Positions 41,284-51,030 of a stretch of DNA of 64,000 bases are shown piece after piece; within the stretch, counting starts at the first letter, position 1, and each line of letters begins with the position of its first letter. A program made the translations under genes and the position numbers. Source of the stretch: Oceanicola sp. (GTDB lineage: Bacteria; Pseudomonadota; Alphaproteobacteria; Rhodobacterales; Rhodobacteraceae); assembly GCA_017792405.1 (NCBI GenBank), contig CP051231.1, positions 192,626 through 256,625 on the forward strand, read 5' to 3'. The notes below the pieces were generated by a model that saw only the letters and a list, made by a program, of their open reading frames with translations, was not told where the DNA came from and made no database searches.

Positions 41284-42221
41284 GGCAGGTCTTTCAGCTC
41301 CACGATCTCGAACTCGGGTCCGGGCCGGGGCATCTCGGTGATGCGGGCCTCCATCCATGCGAGGAATGCCGCGACTTGGGGGCGGGTCTCATCTCCCTCC
41401 CGGCAGAGGAGCCGATACTGATGCGGCAGCCGGACCGCAAGCGGGTAGGGGGCGACCAGCGCGCCAGAGGCGAGCTCACCGTGAGACAGTGACCAGCGCC
41501 CGAGGATCACGCCGGTGCCGGAGGCAGCGGCATCGGCGGCGTGGTCGGCGTGGGAGAAGCGGGGGCCACCCTTGGCGGGCGGGGCGAGGCCGAAGGCGGC
41601 GAAGAGACGGGGCCAGTCCAGCGTATCGGGGCCGAAGGGGTAGCTCTCGGTATGGACCAGCGGGGCGGTGGCGAGCGTGTCGGGCGTGGGGTGTGCGCGG
41701 GCCAGCGCAGGGCTCATCATCGGCATGACCCATTCTTCGATGAGGGCGCCGTTGTAGAGGCCCGGCTCGTCGTGATCCGAGAAGCGCACGGCCACATCGA
41801 CGCCGTCGGTGGCCATATCCATCCGGCGGAGCGAGGCGGAGAAGCTCAGCTCGATCGCGGGGTGGGCGCGGGCGAAGTCGGGCAGGCGCGGGGCGAGCCA
41901 TTTTGCGGTGAAGGCAGGGCCGGCGGTGACGGTAAGGCGGGCCGGGTCGGTGGCGCGGCGGGCGGCGGCCCAGCCCCGGGTGAGGGCAGTGAACCCGTCG
42001 CGCGCACCGGGCGCCAGCGCGCGGCCTGCCTCGGTCAGTGCGACGGCGCGGTTGAGCCGGTGAAAGAGCGGCGCACCAAGATGCTCCTCGAGCGATTTGA
42101 TCTGGAGCGAGAGCGCCTGCGGCGTGACACGCAGCTCCTCCGCCGCCCGGGCAAAGGACATGTGCCGCGCGGCGGCGTCGAAGGCCCGAAGGGCGGTGAG
42201 CGGGGGGAGCGTGGCAGGCAT
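41280..42221 (-). CDS. LysR-family regulator, GcvA-like
   Basis: LPPLTALRAFDAAARHMSF..AAEELRVT.QA.S.QIKSLEE HTH and WLAPRL..F. Confidence 0.92.
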   Translation of the reverse strand: MPATLPPLTALRAFDAAARHMSFARAAEELRVTPQALSLQIKSLEEHLGAPLFHRLNRAVALTEAGRALAPGARDGFTALTRGWAAARRATDPARLTVTAGPAFTAKWLAPRLPDFARAHPAIELSFSASLRRMDMATDGVDVAVRFSDHDEPGLYNGALIEEWVMPMMSPALARAHPTPDTLATAPLVHTESYPFGPDTLDWPRLFAAFGLAPPAKGGPRFSHADHAADAAASGTGVILGRWSLSHGELASGALVAPYPLAVRLPHQYRLLCREGDETRPQVAAFLAWMEARITEMPRPGPEFEIVELKDLP

Positions 42222-42332
42222 GAGGTAAGGAATACTTGTCTGATGGGCGAGGAGTTCTGGTTTGTCGGCTTTGATCACGAGGATCATAGTGAGGACAGTT
42301 CAGAATGTCTTGATCAAACGGAGTGCCCCCTC

Positions 42333-42494
42333 ATGCTTCCCTACTACGCCACATCCGCCCATGAAGCCGCCGTGAGCCATGCCCGCCAGTTGCGCGCCGA
42401 AGCGTTCAGCAACGCATTGCGCTGGCTGTTCGGGAAAGGAAAAGGGGCCGCGGATCGCTCCACGGCCCCCGAAAGCTGCGGCTGCGCGGCTTAA
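42333..42494 (+). CDS. Small protein (53 aa) divergent from the LysR gene
   Basis: GGAG RBS; MLPYYATSAHEAAVSHARQLRAEAFSNALRWLFG...CGCAA. The ARxLRAEA motif is typical of small alphaproteobacterial proteins facing GcvA-like regulators. Confidence 0.65.
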   Translation: MLPYYATSAHEAAVSHARQLRAEAFSNALRWLFGKGKGAADRSTAPESCGCAA

Positions 42495-43213
42495 ACGAAG
42501 AACTGCGCGCCGTTGGCCGAGATGGTCGAGCCGTTGATGAAGCCCGAGTCCTCGGAGGCGAGGAAGCTCACGCAGCGGGCGATTTCCTCGGGCGTGCCGA
42601 GACGGCCCGCGGGGATGCCGGCGATGATCTTCTCGCGCACCGACTCGTCGATCGCCATGACCATCTCGGTGCCGATGTAGCCGGGGCAGATCGCGTTGGC
42701 GGTGATCCCGGCGCGGGCGCCTTCCTGCGCGAGGCTTTTCACAATGCCGAGGTCACCGGCCTTGGTGGCGGCGTAGTTGACCTGACCGGCCTGGCCCTTC
42801 TGGCCATTGATCGATGAAATCACGATTACCCGGCCGAACTTGCGCTCGCGCATGCCGGGCCAGCAGGGGTGGACGGTGTTGAACACGCCGGTGAGGTTGG
42901 TGCCAATCACCTCGTTCCACTGCTCCGGGGTCATCCGGTGGAACATGGCGTCACGGGTAATGCCGGCATTGGCAACCACGGTATCGATCGGGCCGATTTC
43001 TTCGGTGATCTTGTCGATCCCGGCCTTGGAGGCGGCGTAATCGGCCACGTTCCACTTGTAGGTCTTGATGCCGGTCTCGGCGGTGAAGGCGGCGGCCTTC
43101 TCGTCATTGCCGGCATAGGTGGCGGCCACTTCGTAGCCCTCGGACTTGAGCTGCTTGGAAATGGCTTCCCCGATCCCTCGGGAGCCGCCGGTGACGAGTG
43201 CAACGCGGGTCAT
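42491..43213 (-). CDS. phaB: Acetoacetyl-CoA reductase
   Basis: VTGGSRGIG, NAGITRD, SSINGQKGQAGQVNYAATK; directly downstream of phaA. Confidence 0.95.
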   Translation of the reverse strand: MTRVALVTGGSRGIGEAISKQLKSEGYEVAATYAGNDEKAAAFTAETGIKTYKWNVADYAASKAGIDKITEEIGPIDTVVANAGITRDAMFHRMTPEQWNEVIGTNLTGVFNTVHPCWPGMRERKFGRVIVISSINGQKGQAGQVNYAATKAGDLGIVKSLAQEGARAGITANAICPGYIGTEMVMAIDESVREKIIAGIPAGRLGTPEEIARCVSFLASEDSGFINGSTISANGAQFFV

Positions 43214-43305
43214 ATGATTCTCCTCCTCCGTATTGGTAATCTTGTTACGCAGTTGAAATCGGTCACGCAACTATATTGCGCGACCGTTCTGCGATGCTGT
43301 CAGGC

Positions 43306-44481
43306 TCAGGGGCGCTCCAGGCACATGGCCACGCCCATGCCGCCACCGATGCAGAGGGTGGCGAGGCCCTTCTTGGCGTCGCGGCGCTTCATCTCGAAGA
43401 GCAGGGTATTGAGCACCCGGCAGCCCGAGGCGCCGATGGGGTGGCCGATGGCGATGGCGCCGCCGTTCACGTTGACGATGGAGGGATCCCAGCCCATGTC
43501 CTTGTTCACGGCGCAGGCTTGCGCGGCGAAGGCCTCGTTGGCTTCCACGAGATCCAGATCGGAGACCGACCAGCCGGCCTTGTCGAGTGCCTTGCGGGAG
43601 GCGTAGATCGGGCCGACGCCCATCACCTTGGGGTCGAGACCGGCTGTGGCGTAGGAGGCGATGCGGGCCAGCGGCTCGATGCCGCGCTTCTCGGCCTCAT
43701 CGGCGCTCATCAGCAGCACGGCGGCAGCGCCGTCGTTCAGGCCGGAGGCGTTGGCGGCGGTCACGGAACCGTCCTTGGCGAAGGCGGGGCGGAGCTTTTG
43801 CATCGCTTCGATGGTCGCGCCGTGGCGAATGTATTCATCCTTGTCGACCACGATGTCGCCCTTGCGGGTGCTGATGGTGTAGGCGGCGATCTCGTCGTCG
43901 AACTTGCCGGCCTTCTGCGCGGCTTCGGCCTTGTTCTGCGAGGCGACGGCGAACTCATCCTGCTGGTCGCGGGAGATCTGCCACTTCTCGGCGACGTTCT
44001 CGGCGGTCTGGCCCATGTGGTAACCGTTGAAGGCATCCCAGAGGCCATCGCGGATCATCGTGTCGATGTAGGACATGTCGCCCATCTTCTGGCCCTGACG
44101 CAGCGTGGCGCAATGGGGGGACATCGACATGTTCTCCTGCCCGCCAGCGGCGACGATGGAGGCATCGCCGAGCTGGATGTGCTGGGCGCCGAGCGCCACG
44201 GCACGCAGGCCGGAGCCGCAGACCTGGTTGATGCCCCAGGCGGCGGATTCGATGGGCAGGCCGGCGTTGATGTGCGCCTGACGGGCCGGGTTTTGGCCCT
44301 GACCGGCGGTGAGCACCTGACCGAGGATGGTTTCGGACACGTCGGCCTTGTCGACGCCAGCGCGCTCGACGATCGCCTCCAGAACGGCCTTGCCCAGATC
44401 ATGGGCGGGGGTGTTGGCGAAGGAGCCGAGGAAGGAGCCCACTGGGGTCCGCGCGGCTGAGGCGATAACGACGTTGGTCAT
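43306..44481 (-). CDS. phaA: Acetyl-CoA C-acetyltransferase (beta-ketothiolase)
   Basis: [23 protein letters not shown] and LCIGGGMG. Confidence 0.96.
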   Translation of the reverse strand: MTNVVIASAARTPVGSFLGSFANTPAHDLGKAVLEAIVERAGVDKADVSETILGQVLTAGQGQNPARQAHINAGLPIESAAWGINQVCGSGLRAVALGAQHIQLGDASIVAAGGQENMSMSPHCATLRQGQKMGDMSYIDTMIRDGLWDAFNGYHMGQTAENVAEKWQISRDQQDEFAVASQNKAEAAQKAGKFDDEIAAYTISTRKGDIVVDKDEYIRHGATIEAMQKLRPAFAKDGSVTAANASGLNDGAAAVLLMSADEAEKRGIEPLARIASYATAGLDPKVMGVGPIYASRKALDKAGWSVSDLDLVEANEAFAAQACAVNKDMGWDPSIVNVNGGAIAIGHPIGASGCRVLNTLLFEMKRRDAKKGLATLCIGGGMGVAMCLERP

Positions 44482-44757
44482 GAGACATCCTTTCCCGATG
44501 GCTTGGGCGAGGTGTCTGATGTTGCGTGCCTTTGCGACCCGACTCCACCCCGCCCGGATCACAGCCATGGGTAGAGTTTTGCGCGGGGTGACGCAAGGGC
44601 GCGGTTGCTGCGCTGCGGCGAAATGCTGCGGCGCGGCGTAGCGGCTGGGGGAGTCGATGGGGTGTGCTCGCGCTATAGGCAGCGGAGGCGCTGGGACATT
44701 GTCGGTGGTTGCGCGCCGTGATGGGGCAGCCTACGCGGGCCGCCAAATGCGTGGGTG

Positions 44758-45600
44758 TCACCCGGCGCGGCGCATTCCGTGCGGAAACTCCTTCCACCCC
44801 GGGGCGGTGGTGGGGGCGCCGTAGAGATAGCCCTGAAGGCAATCGACTCCGAGCTCGGTGAGCACCTCGGCGTCCTCCTCGGTCTCGACGAACTCGGCCA
44901 CGGTGAACATGTCGAAATGCCGGGCGATGGCGACCATGGCGGCGATGAGCACGCGGTTGTCAGGGTCGGTTGCGACGCCTCTCACGAATTGCCCGTCGAT
45001 CTTGAGGATGTCGAAGAAGAAATCCTTGAAGTAGCGGAAGGCAGTATAGCCTGCGCCGAAGTCATCCAGCGCGAAGGCGACGCCGCGGGTTTGCAAATCG
45101 AGCATGAAGACCGAGGTGATATCGGGCATGATCATCGCAGAGGCTTCGGTGATCTCGATGATGAGGCGCTCGGCCAGCGTGTCATCCATCGCGAGGCCGC
45201 GTTCCAGCGTTTGCATCCAGCGGGGATAGCCGATGGAGCGGGCCGACATGTTGATGGCGAGCCGCAGGGCGGGGGCCTTGTGCAGCGCGGTCAGGCCCAT
45301 CTCGAGCGCGAGGCAGTCGATGATCCGACCGATCTCATTGGTCTCGCAGGCGCCGATGAACTCCCGGGCGGGAATCACCCGGCCGGTATCATCGAGCACG
45401 CGGATCAGCCCCTCGTAGAAGGCGGTTTTGCCGGTGTCGCTGGCGCGGACGATGGGCTGGAAGGCGAGCATGACATCGCGCCGGTCGAGCGCGGCGCGGA
45501 CCATCTTGAGAATGTCAGCATCCCTCTGCCGTACCGCCGCGCCGAGGGGAGAGGAATCATTGGCCTCGAAGGTGTGCCGCCGTGGTTCTGCACCGGCCAT
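44758..45600 (-). CDS. Stand-alone EAL-domain c-di-GMP phosphodiesterase
   Basis: FQPIV, EGLIR, AINMS, IEITE, LDDFGAG, LKIDGQF, AEFVE and LQGY; the catalytic residues appear complete. Confidence 0.9.
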   Translation of the reverse strand: MAGAEPRRHTFEANDSSPLGAAVRQRDADILKMVRAALDRRDVMLAFQPIVRASDTGKTAFYEGLIRVLDDTGRVIPAREFIGACETNEIGRIIDCLALEMGLTALHKAPALRLAINMSARSIGYPRWMQTLERGLAMDDTLAERLIIEITEASAMIMPDITSVFMLDLQTRGVAFALDDFGAGYTAFRYFKDFFFDILKIDGQFVRGVATDPDNRVLIAAMVAIARHFDMFTVAEFVETEEDAEVLTELGVDCLQGYLYGAPTTAPGWKEFPHGMRRAG

Positions 45601-45698
45601 CGCTTGCTCCGTTTGTCAGGTGGGCGCAGAATGCGGGTTGTTTCCTTAAGAAATGCTGAATATTCGGGTTTTGTTCTAATTTAAGAGGAACTGGCGCG

Positions 45699-46280
45699 AT
45701 GGGTGAACGCTGCGGCTGGGTCGGGCAGGACCAGATCTATATCGACTACCACGACGAGGAGTGGGGCGTGCCTGAATGGGACGGCCGGGCGCTTTATGAA
45801 AAGCTCATGCTCGACGGGTTCCAGGCCGGGCTGAGCTGGATCACCATCCTGAAAAAGCGGGAGAATTTTCGCGCGGCTTTTGAAGGTTTCGTTCCGGCGC
45901 GGATTGCCGAATGGGGCGAGGCGGAGATCGAGCGGTGCCTTGCCGACCCGGGGATCGTGCGGCACCGGGGCAAGATCGAGGCGGCCATCGGCAATGCGCG
46001 GGGCTGGCTGGAGATCGAGGCGCGTGAGGGGTTCTCGAACTACCTCTGGGGCTACGTGGGCGGCGAACCGGTGCAGAATCGCTGGGCGTCTCTGGCGGAG
46101 GTGCCGGCGAAGACGCCGGTTTCCGAAGCGATCTCCAAGGATCTGAAGAAGCAGGGCTTCCGCTTTGTCGGGCCGACCATCGTTTACGCCTTCATGCAGG
46201 CGGTGGGGATGGTGAACGACCACGTAGCGGGATGCCCGCGCCATGCCGAATGCGCCGCCCTCGGGCAAAGGCCTGGCTGA
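45699..46280 (+). CDS. tag: DNA-3-methyladenine glycosylase I
   Basis: RCGW, YHDEEWG, FQAGLSW, FRFVGPT and NDH. Confidence 0.93.
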   Translation: MGERCGWVGQDQIYIDYHDEEWGVPEWDGRALYEKLMLDGFQAGLSWITILKKRENFRAAFEGFVPARIAEWGEAEIERCLADPGIVRHRGKIEAAIGNARGWLEIEAREGFSNYLWGYVGGEPVQNRWASLAEVPAKTPVSEAISKDLKKQGFRFVGPTIVYAFMQAVGMVNDHVAGCPRHAECAALGQRPG

Positions 46281-46305
46281 GACGTTTCAGCAAGACAATG
46301 AGCGG

Positions 46306-46857
46306 TCAGGCGCCCTCTTCCACCAGAGCGGCGAGGATCGCGCGGGCGCTTTCGGAGTTCCACTCGGCATCGCCGGTTAGGCGGGCGACCTCGCGGCCTT
46401 CGGCGTCGAGGATCACGGTCACCGGCAGGCCGAGGATGCCCATGTTGCGGGCCAGCTTTTGCTTGGGGTCGAGGTAGACCGGCAGGTTGGTGACCTCGAT
46501 CTCTGACAGGAACCGGTCGATCGCGCCGTCGGGGTTGCGGCCCGTGGCGACGGTGATGACACGGGCGCCCTTCCCCTCCAGCGCGGTTTGCAGTTCGGAG
46601 AGGGCGGGCATCTCCTTGCGGCAGGGGGCGCACCACGTGGCCCAGAAGTTGACCACCGTGACCTCGCCCTGGAACTCGGCGAGGGTGACCTCGCCATCGG
46701 GGCCGGTTATGGCCTCGCCCGGCACATCGCGCGGCTCGGAGTGGAGCGCGAGCTTTTTCATCGAGCCGTCGCGCAGGGCCTCGATGGCGCTCATGTCGCC
46801 CGCGTTTGCAGTGGCAGCCAGCGCCGTGTAGAGAACCGCGGCAATCAGTCTTTTCAT
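46306..46857 (-). CDS. TlpA/ResA-family thiol-disulfide reductase
   Basis: Signal anchor, [16 protein letters not shown] and GLPVT. Confidence 0.9.
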   Translation of the reverse strand: MKRLIAAVLYTALAATANAGDMSAIEALRDGSMKKLALHSEPRDVPGEAITGPDGEVTLAEFQGEVTVVNFWATWCAPCRKEMPALSELQTALEGKGARVITVATGRNPDGAIDRFLSEIEVTNLPVYLDPKQKLARNMGILGLPVTVILDAEGREVARLTGDAEWNSESARAILAALVEEGA

Positions 46858-46879
46858 TCCCAACTCCTTCAGGCCCGTC

Positions 46880-48280
46880 ATGACAGAGACCCAGAACAAA
46901 GCCGCCAATGCCATGTGGGGCGGGCGGTTCTCCGCCGGTGTGGACGCGATCATGGAGGCGATCAATGCCTCGATCGGGTTCGACCAGCGGATGGCGCAAC
47001 AGGACATCGCGGGCAGCCGCGCCCATGCCGCCATGCTGGCCGAGGCCGGCATCATCTCGGATAGCGATGCCGAGGCGATCCGGGAAGGGCTGCTCACGGT
47101 GTTGTCAGAGATCGAGGGCGGGACGTTTCAGTTTTCGGCGGCGCTGGAGGACATTCACATGAATGTCGAGGCGCGGCTGGTGGAGCTGATTGGGGAGCCG
47201 GGCAAGCGGCTGCACACCGGGCGCTCGCGGAATGACCAGGTGGCGACGGACTTCCGGCTTTGGGTGCGGGACCAGTGCGATGCGGCGGTGCCGGCGATCC
47301 GGGCGGTGCAGAAGGCGCTGCTGAGCCAGGCCGAGCGCGGGGCCGATTGGGTGATGCCGGGCTACACCCATTTGCAGGTGGCCCAGCCGGTGACTTGGGG
47401 CCACCACATGCTCGCTTATGTCGAGATGCTGGGGCGGGATGTGTCGCGGTTTGAAGATGCCCGCAAGCGGATGAACGAGTCGCCTTTGGGGGCTGCGGCG
47501 CTGGCGGGCACGAGCTTTCCGATTGATCGGGAGGCGACGGCGGCGGCGCTGGGGTTTGACCGGCCGATGGCGAACTCGCTGGACGCAGTGGCGGATCGGG
47601 ATTTTGCGCTGGAGTTTCTGGGTGCGGCGAGCATTTGCGCGATGCATCTGTCGCGGCTTGCCGAAGAGTTGGTGATCTGGTCTTCGGCGCAGTTCCGGTT
47701 TGTCACGATGAGCGACACGTGGAGCACGGGCAGCTCGATCATGCCGCAGAAGAAGAACCCCGACGCGGCGGAGCTGATCCGGGGCAAGATCGGGCGGATT
47801 CTGGGGGCCAATCTGGGGCTGCTGACGGTGATGAAAGGCCTTCCGCTGACCTATTCGAAGGACATGCAGGAAGACAAGGAAGGCGTGTTCGACGCTGCCG
47901 ACACGCTGATGCTGGCGCTGGCCGCGATGGCGGGGATGGTGGAAACCATGAGCCCCAATCGCGAAAAGCTGGCCGAGGCGGCGGGCACCGGGTTTTCGAC
48001 CGCGACCGACCTTGCCGACTGGTGCGTGCGGGTGCTGAACCTGCCGTTCCGCGATGCGCACCATGTGACCGGCAGCCTCGTGGCGCTGGCCGAGAAGACC
48101 GGGCGCGACCTGCCGGAGCTGACGCTGGAAGAGATGCAGTCGGTGAAGCCGGAGATCACCGAGGATGTCTTCACGGTGTTGTCGGTGGACAATTCAGTGG
48201 CCTCGCGCACATCCTACGGCGGAACGGCCCCCGCGAACGTGCGGGCGCAGATTGCCCGCTGGAAGGATGCCCTGTTGTGA
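46880..48280 (+). CDS. argH: Argininosuccinate lyase
   Basis: [27 protein letters not shown] and [12 protein letters not shown]. Confidence 0.97.
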   Translation: MTETQNKAANAMWGGRFSAGVDAIMEAINASIGFDQRMAQQDIAGSRAHAAMLAEAGIISDSDAEAIREGLLTVLSEIEGGTFQFSAALEDIHMNVEARLVELIGEPGKRLHTGRSRNDQVATDFRLWVRDQCDAAVPAIRAVQKALLSQAERGADWVMPGYTHLQVAQPVTWGHHMLAYVEMLGRDVSRFEDARKRMNESPLGAAALAGTSFPIDREATAAALGFDRPMANSLDAVADRDFALEFLGAASICAMHLSRLAEELVIWSSAQFRFVTMSDTWSTGSSIMPQKKNPDAAELIRGKIGRILGANLGLLTVMKGLPLTYSKDMQEDKEGVFDAADTLMLALAAMAGMVETMSPNREKLAEAAGTGFSTATDLADWCVRVLNLPFRDAHHVTGSLVALAEKTGRDLPELTLEEMQSVKPEITEDVFTVLSVDNSVASRTSYGGTAPANVRAQIARWKDALL

Positions 48281-48414
48281 AGCCATACGCCGCCCTTGCC
48301 CTGCTCCTGACGCTCGCCGCTTGCGGCGTGGACGGCGAGCCTGAGCCGCCGGTCGAGCCGGGGGTGCATGTGAGCGGCACGGTGAAGGTGGGCATCCGGG
48401 GCGGGAGCAACTGA
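48277..48414 (+). CDS. Micro-lipoprotein 1 (45 aa, absent from the ORF track)
   Basis: GTGA overlap with argH; [16 protein letters not shown] lipobox; mature part [10 protein letters not shown]... Confidence 0.8.
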   Translation: MKPYAALALLLTLAACGVDGEPEPPVEPGVHVSGTVKVGIRGGSN

Positions 48415-48617
48415 TGCGCGCGCTGGCCGCAATTGCCCTGCTGGTTCTCGCCGGATGCGATGGCGGGATGAAGGTGGGCGTGGAACTGCCGACCAAGGTG
48501 CAGGCCGGTGTGGGCGGGTCGAGTTCGGGCGATGTGGAGTTGATCCAGCGGGTGACCGACAACGAGCCCTACATCCTGATCGGAGCCGATGAAGATGACC
48601 GCACGCTTGCCTTCTAG
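48414..48617 (+). CDS. Micro-lipoprotein 2 (67 aa)
   Basis: TGATG coupling to gene 1; [15 protein letters not shown] lipobox. Confidence 0.7.
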   Translation: MRALAAIALLVLAGCDGGMKVGVELPTKVQAGVGGSSSGDVELIQRVTDNEPYILIGADEDDRTLAF

Positions 48618-48780
48618 GCTGGCCCTCCTGGGCGCGGTGCTGGCCCTGCTCGCCGGGTGCGACGCGAGCACCAATGAGCCGCCCTATCCGCCGGGCATCC
48701 ACTTTACCGGCAAGGCGCAAATGGGCGTGGCGCGGGGGCCGGACGGCAACCTGCGCATGGTGACGCGGATCACCGACTGA
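48595..48780 (+). CDS. Micro-lipoprotein 3 (61 aa)
   Basis: GGAG RBS at 48582-48585; LALLAGC lipobox; C-terminal half resembles lipoprotein 1. Confidence 0.72.
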   Translation: MTARLPSRLALLGAVLALLAGCDASTNEPPYPPGIHFTGKAQMGVARGPDGNLRMVTRITD

Positions 48781-48821
48781 GGCGGTTTGGCCGGGGCCTC
48801 GGGCCGCTGTAGGCTGGACCC

Positions 48822-49652
48822 ATGACCCTCACCCGATTTCTGGCAGATCACTGGCGCGGGGCGCTGCCGCTGTGGCAGGCGCTCGCCGGGCCTGTGGCCG
48901 GGTCCGCGCTGCTGCTGTGGGCGGTGAACCGGGCACTGGCGGAGTGGCCGGTGATCTGGCTGATGCTGCTCAATGCGCCGCTGGTTGCTTGGTCCGTGGT
49001 TGGGGCATTCCGCACGGCGGACAGGGCGCTGCGGGAGGGGACGGGCTTTGTGGCCGGCTTTGCCGCCTACGCCGGGGCCGGGGCGGTGCTGCTGGCGGCG
49101 GGCACGACGCTGGTGGCGCGACAGACCCCAGTGCGCACCTTCACCGCAGACATGGTGCCCGAGGTGGCGGCGGTGGCGCTGCCCGAGGCGGGCGGTCGGG
49201 TGCGGATCGAGGGTGAGATCGGCTTTGCGCATTTTGCGGCGCTGGAGGCAAGGCTGGCGCGCGGTGGGGTAAACGCGGTTGAGTTGGATAGCCAGGGAGG
49301 AAACATCTTTGCCGCGCGGGGGCTGGCGCGGCTCATTGGTGAGGCCGGGCTGGCGACCCATGCGGAGGCGCGGTGTTTTTCGGCCTGCACGCTGGTGTTT
49401 GCTGCGGGCGCGCGCCGGACGATGGGGCAGGCCGGGGCGCTGGGCTTTCATCGCTATGCGCTGCGCGAGAGTTCGAGCTACGGCACGGTGCGGCATGTGG
49501 ATGCGGGGCAGGAAGAAGCGCGGGACAGGGCCTATCTGGCGGCGCGCGGCGTGGCCGAAGGGTTCATTGCCCGCGCCTATGCCGTGCCGCCGGAGGAGCT
49601 TTGGCATCCGACACGGGTAGAACTGGAGGCGGCGAGGCTGCTGACCGATTGA
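48822..49652 (+). CDS. Membrane protein with a ClpP/S49 (crotonase-like) peptidase-type domain
   Basis: Three N-terminal hydrophobic helices, then LDSQGG, CFSACTLVFAAG and LGFH. Confidence 0.65.
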   Translation: MTLTRFLADHWRGALPLWQALAGPVAGSALLLWAVNRALAEWPVIWLMLLNAPLVAWSVVGAFRTADRALREGTGFVAGFAAYAGAGAVLLAAGTTLVARQTPVRTFTADMVPEVAAVALPEAGGRVRIEGEIGFAHFAALEARLARGGVNAVELDSQGGNIFAARGLARLIGEAGLATHAEARCFSACTLVFAAGARRTMGQAGALGFHRYALRESSSYGTVRHVDAGQEEARDRAYLAARGVAEGFIARAYAVPPEELWHPTRVELEAARLLTD

Positions 49653-49716
49653 ATGGGGCCGATTGAACTGCGCGGCGCGGGGCAGTAGGAACGCGCGGAA
49701 GGCAAGCGAGGGCGCG

Positions 49717-50982
49717 ATGGACCATTTTCTTTACAAGGGCGGCGTGCTCCATGCCGAGGATGTGCCGATCCCCGAGATCGCGGCGCAGGTGGGCACACCG
49801 TTTTACGTATATTCCGCGGCTACGCTGACCCGGCACTACAACCTGTTCGCCGAGGCGCTCGATGGCGTGCCGCATTGCATCTGCTTTGCGATGAAGTCCC
49901 TCGCCAACCAGGCGGTGCTGACGCTTCTGGGCAAGCTGGGCGCGGGGATGGATGTGGTCTCTGGCGGCGAATATGCACGGGCGATTGCGGCGGGTATCCC
50001 GGGCGAGCGGATCGTGTTTTCGGGCGTCGGCAAGACCCGCGCCGAGATGGCGATGGCGCTCGAGAGCGGCATCCGGCAATTCAACATCGAGAGCGAGCCG
50101 GAGATGGAGGCGCTGAGCGAGGTTGCCTGCGCGATGGGGGCCGAGGCGCCGGTGACGATCCGGGTGAACCCGGATGTGGATGCCAAGACCCACGAGAAGA
50201 TCTCGACCGGCAAGAAGGGCGACAAGTTCGGCATCCCGATCAGCCGCGCGAAGGAGGCCTATGCCCGCGCCGCCGCGCTGCCGGGTCTGCGCGTGGTGGG
50301 GGTCGACGTGCACATCGGCTCGCAGCTGACCGACCTTGCCCCCTTCGAGACGGCCTTTCTGAAGGTGGTGGAGCTGACCCATGAACTCCGCGCAGAGGGC
50401 CACCAGATCGAGCGGCTCGATCTGGGCGGAGGGCTCGGCATCCCCTATGAGCGCAGCAACTCCGCCCCGCCGCTGCCGATCGAATACGGCGCAATGATCA
50501 AGCGTGTGACCGAGGGCCTTGGCGTGGAGGTCGAGATCGAGCCGGGTCGGCTGATCTCGGGCAATGCGGGCATGCTGGTGGCGGGCGTGATCTACGAGAA
50601 AGACGGGGACGGCACCGACTTTCTGATCCTCGATGCCGCGATGAACGACCTGCTGCGGCCCGCGATGTATGGCGCGCACCACGATATCGTGCCGGTCATC
50701 GAGGCCGCGCCGGGCGTGGAGCAGCGGACCTATGACATCGTCGGCCCGGTCTGCGAATCCGGCGACACCTTTGCCAAGCGCCGCACCATGCCGCCGGTGA
50801 AGCCCGGTGAGCTGGTCGGCTTTCGCTCTGCCGGTGCATATGGTGCTGTGATGTCGAGCGAATACAACTCCCGGCCGCTCATTCCGGAGGTGCTGGTGAG
50901 CGGAGATAACTTTGCCGTCATTCGCGAGCGACCGACCTTTGACGAAATGATCGCGCGCGATAAGGTTCCTTCATGGGTGTAG
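49717..50982 (+). CDS. lysA: Diaminopimelate decarboxylase
   Basis: FAMKS (PLP Lys), DVVSGGE, HIGSQ, EPGR and GPVCESGD. Confidence 0.96.
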   Translation: MDHFLYKGGVLHAEDVPIPEIAAQVGTPFYVYSAATLTRHYNLFAEALDGVPHCICFAMKSLANQAVLTLLGKLGAGMDVVSGGEYARAIAAGIPGERIVFSGVGKTRAEMAMALESGIRQFNIESEPEMEALSEVACAMGAEAPVTIRVNPDVDAKTHEKISTGKKGDKFGIPISRAKEAYARAAALPGLRVVGVDVHIGSQLTDLAPFETAFLKVVELTHELRAEGHQIERLDLGGGLGIPYERSNSAPPLPIEYGAMIKRVTEGLGVEVEIEPGRLISGNAGMLVAGVIYEKDGDGTDFLILDAAMNDLLRPAMYGAHHDIVPVIEAAPGVEQRTYDIVGPVCESGDTFAKRRTMPPVKPGELVGFRSAGAYGAVMSSEYNSRPLIPEVLVSGDNFAVIRERPTFDEMIARDKVPSWV

Positions 50983-51030
50983 GCCATTCTGGCCGCACTT
51001 GCGCTGAATCCTGACCGTAGCCGGAGGGTC

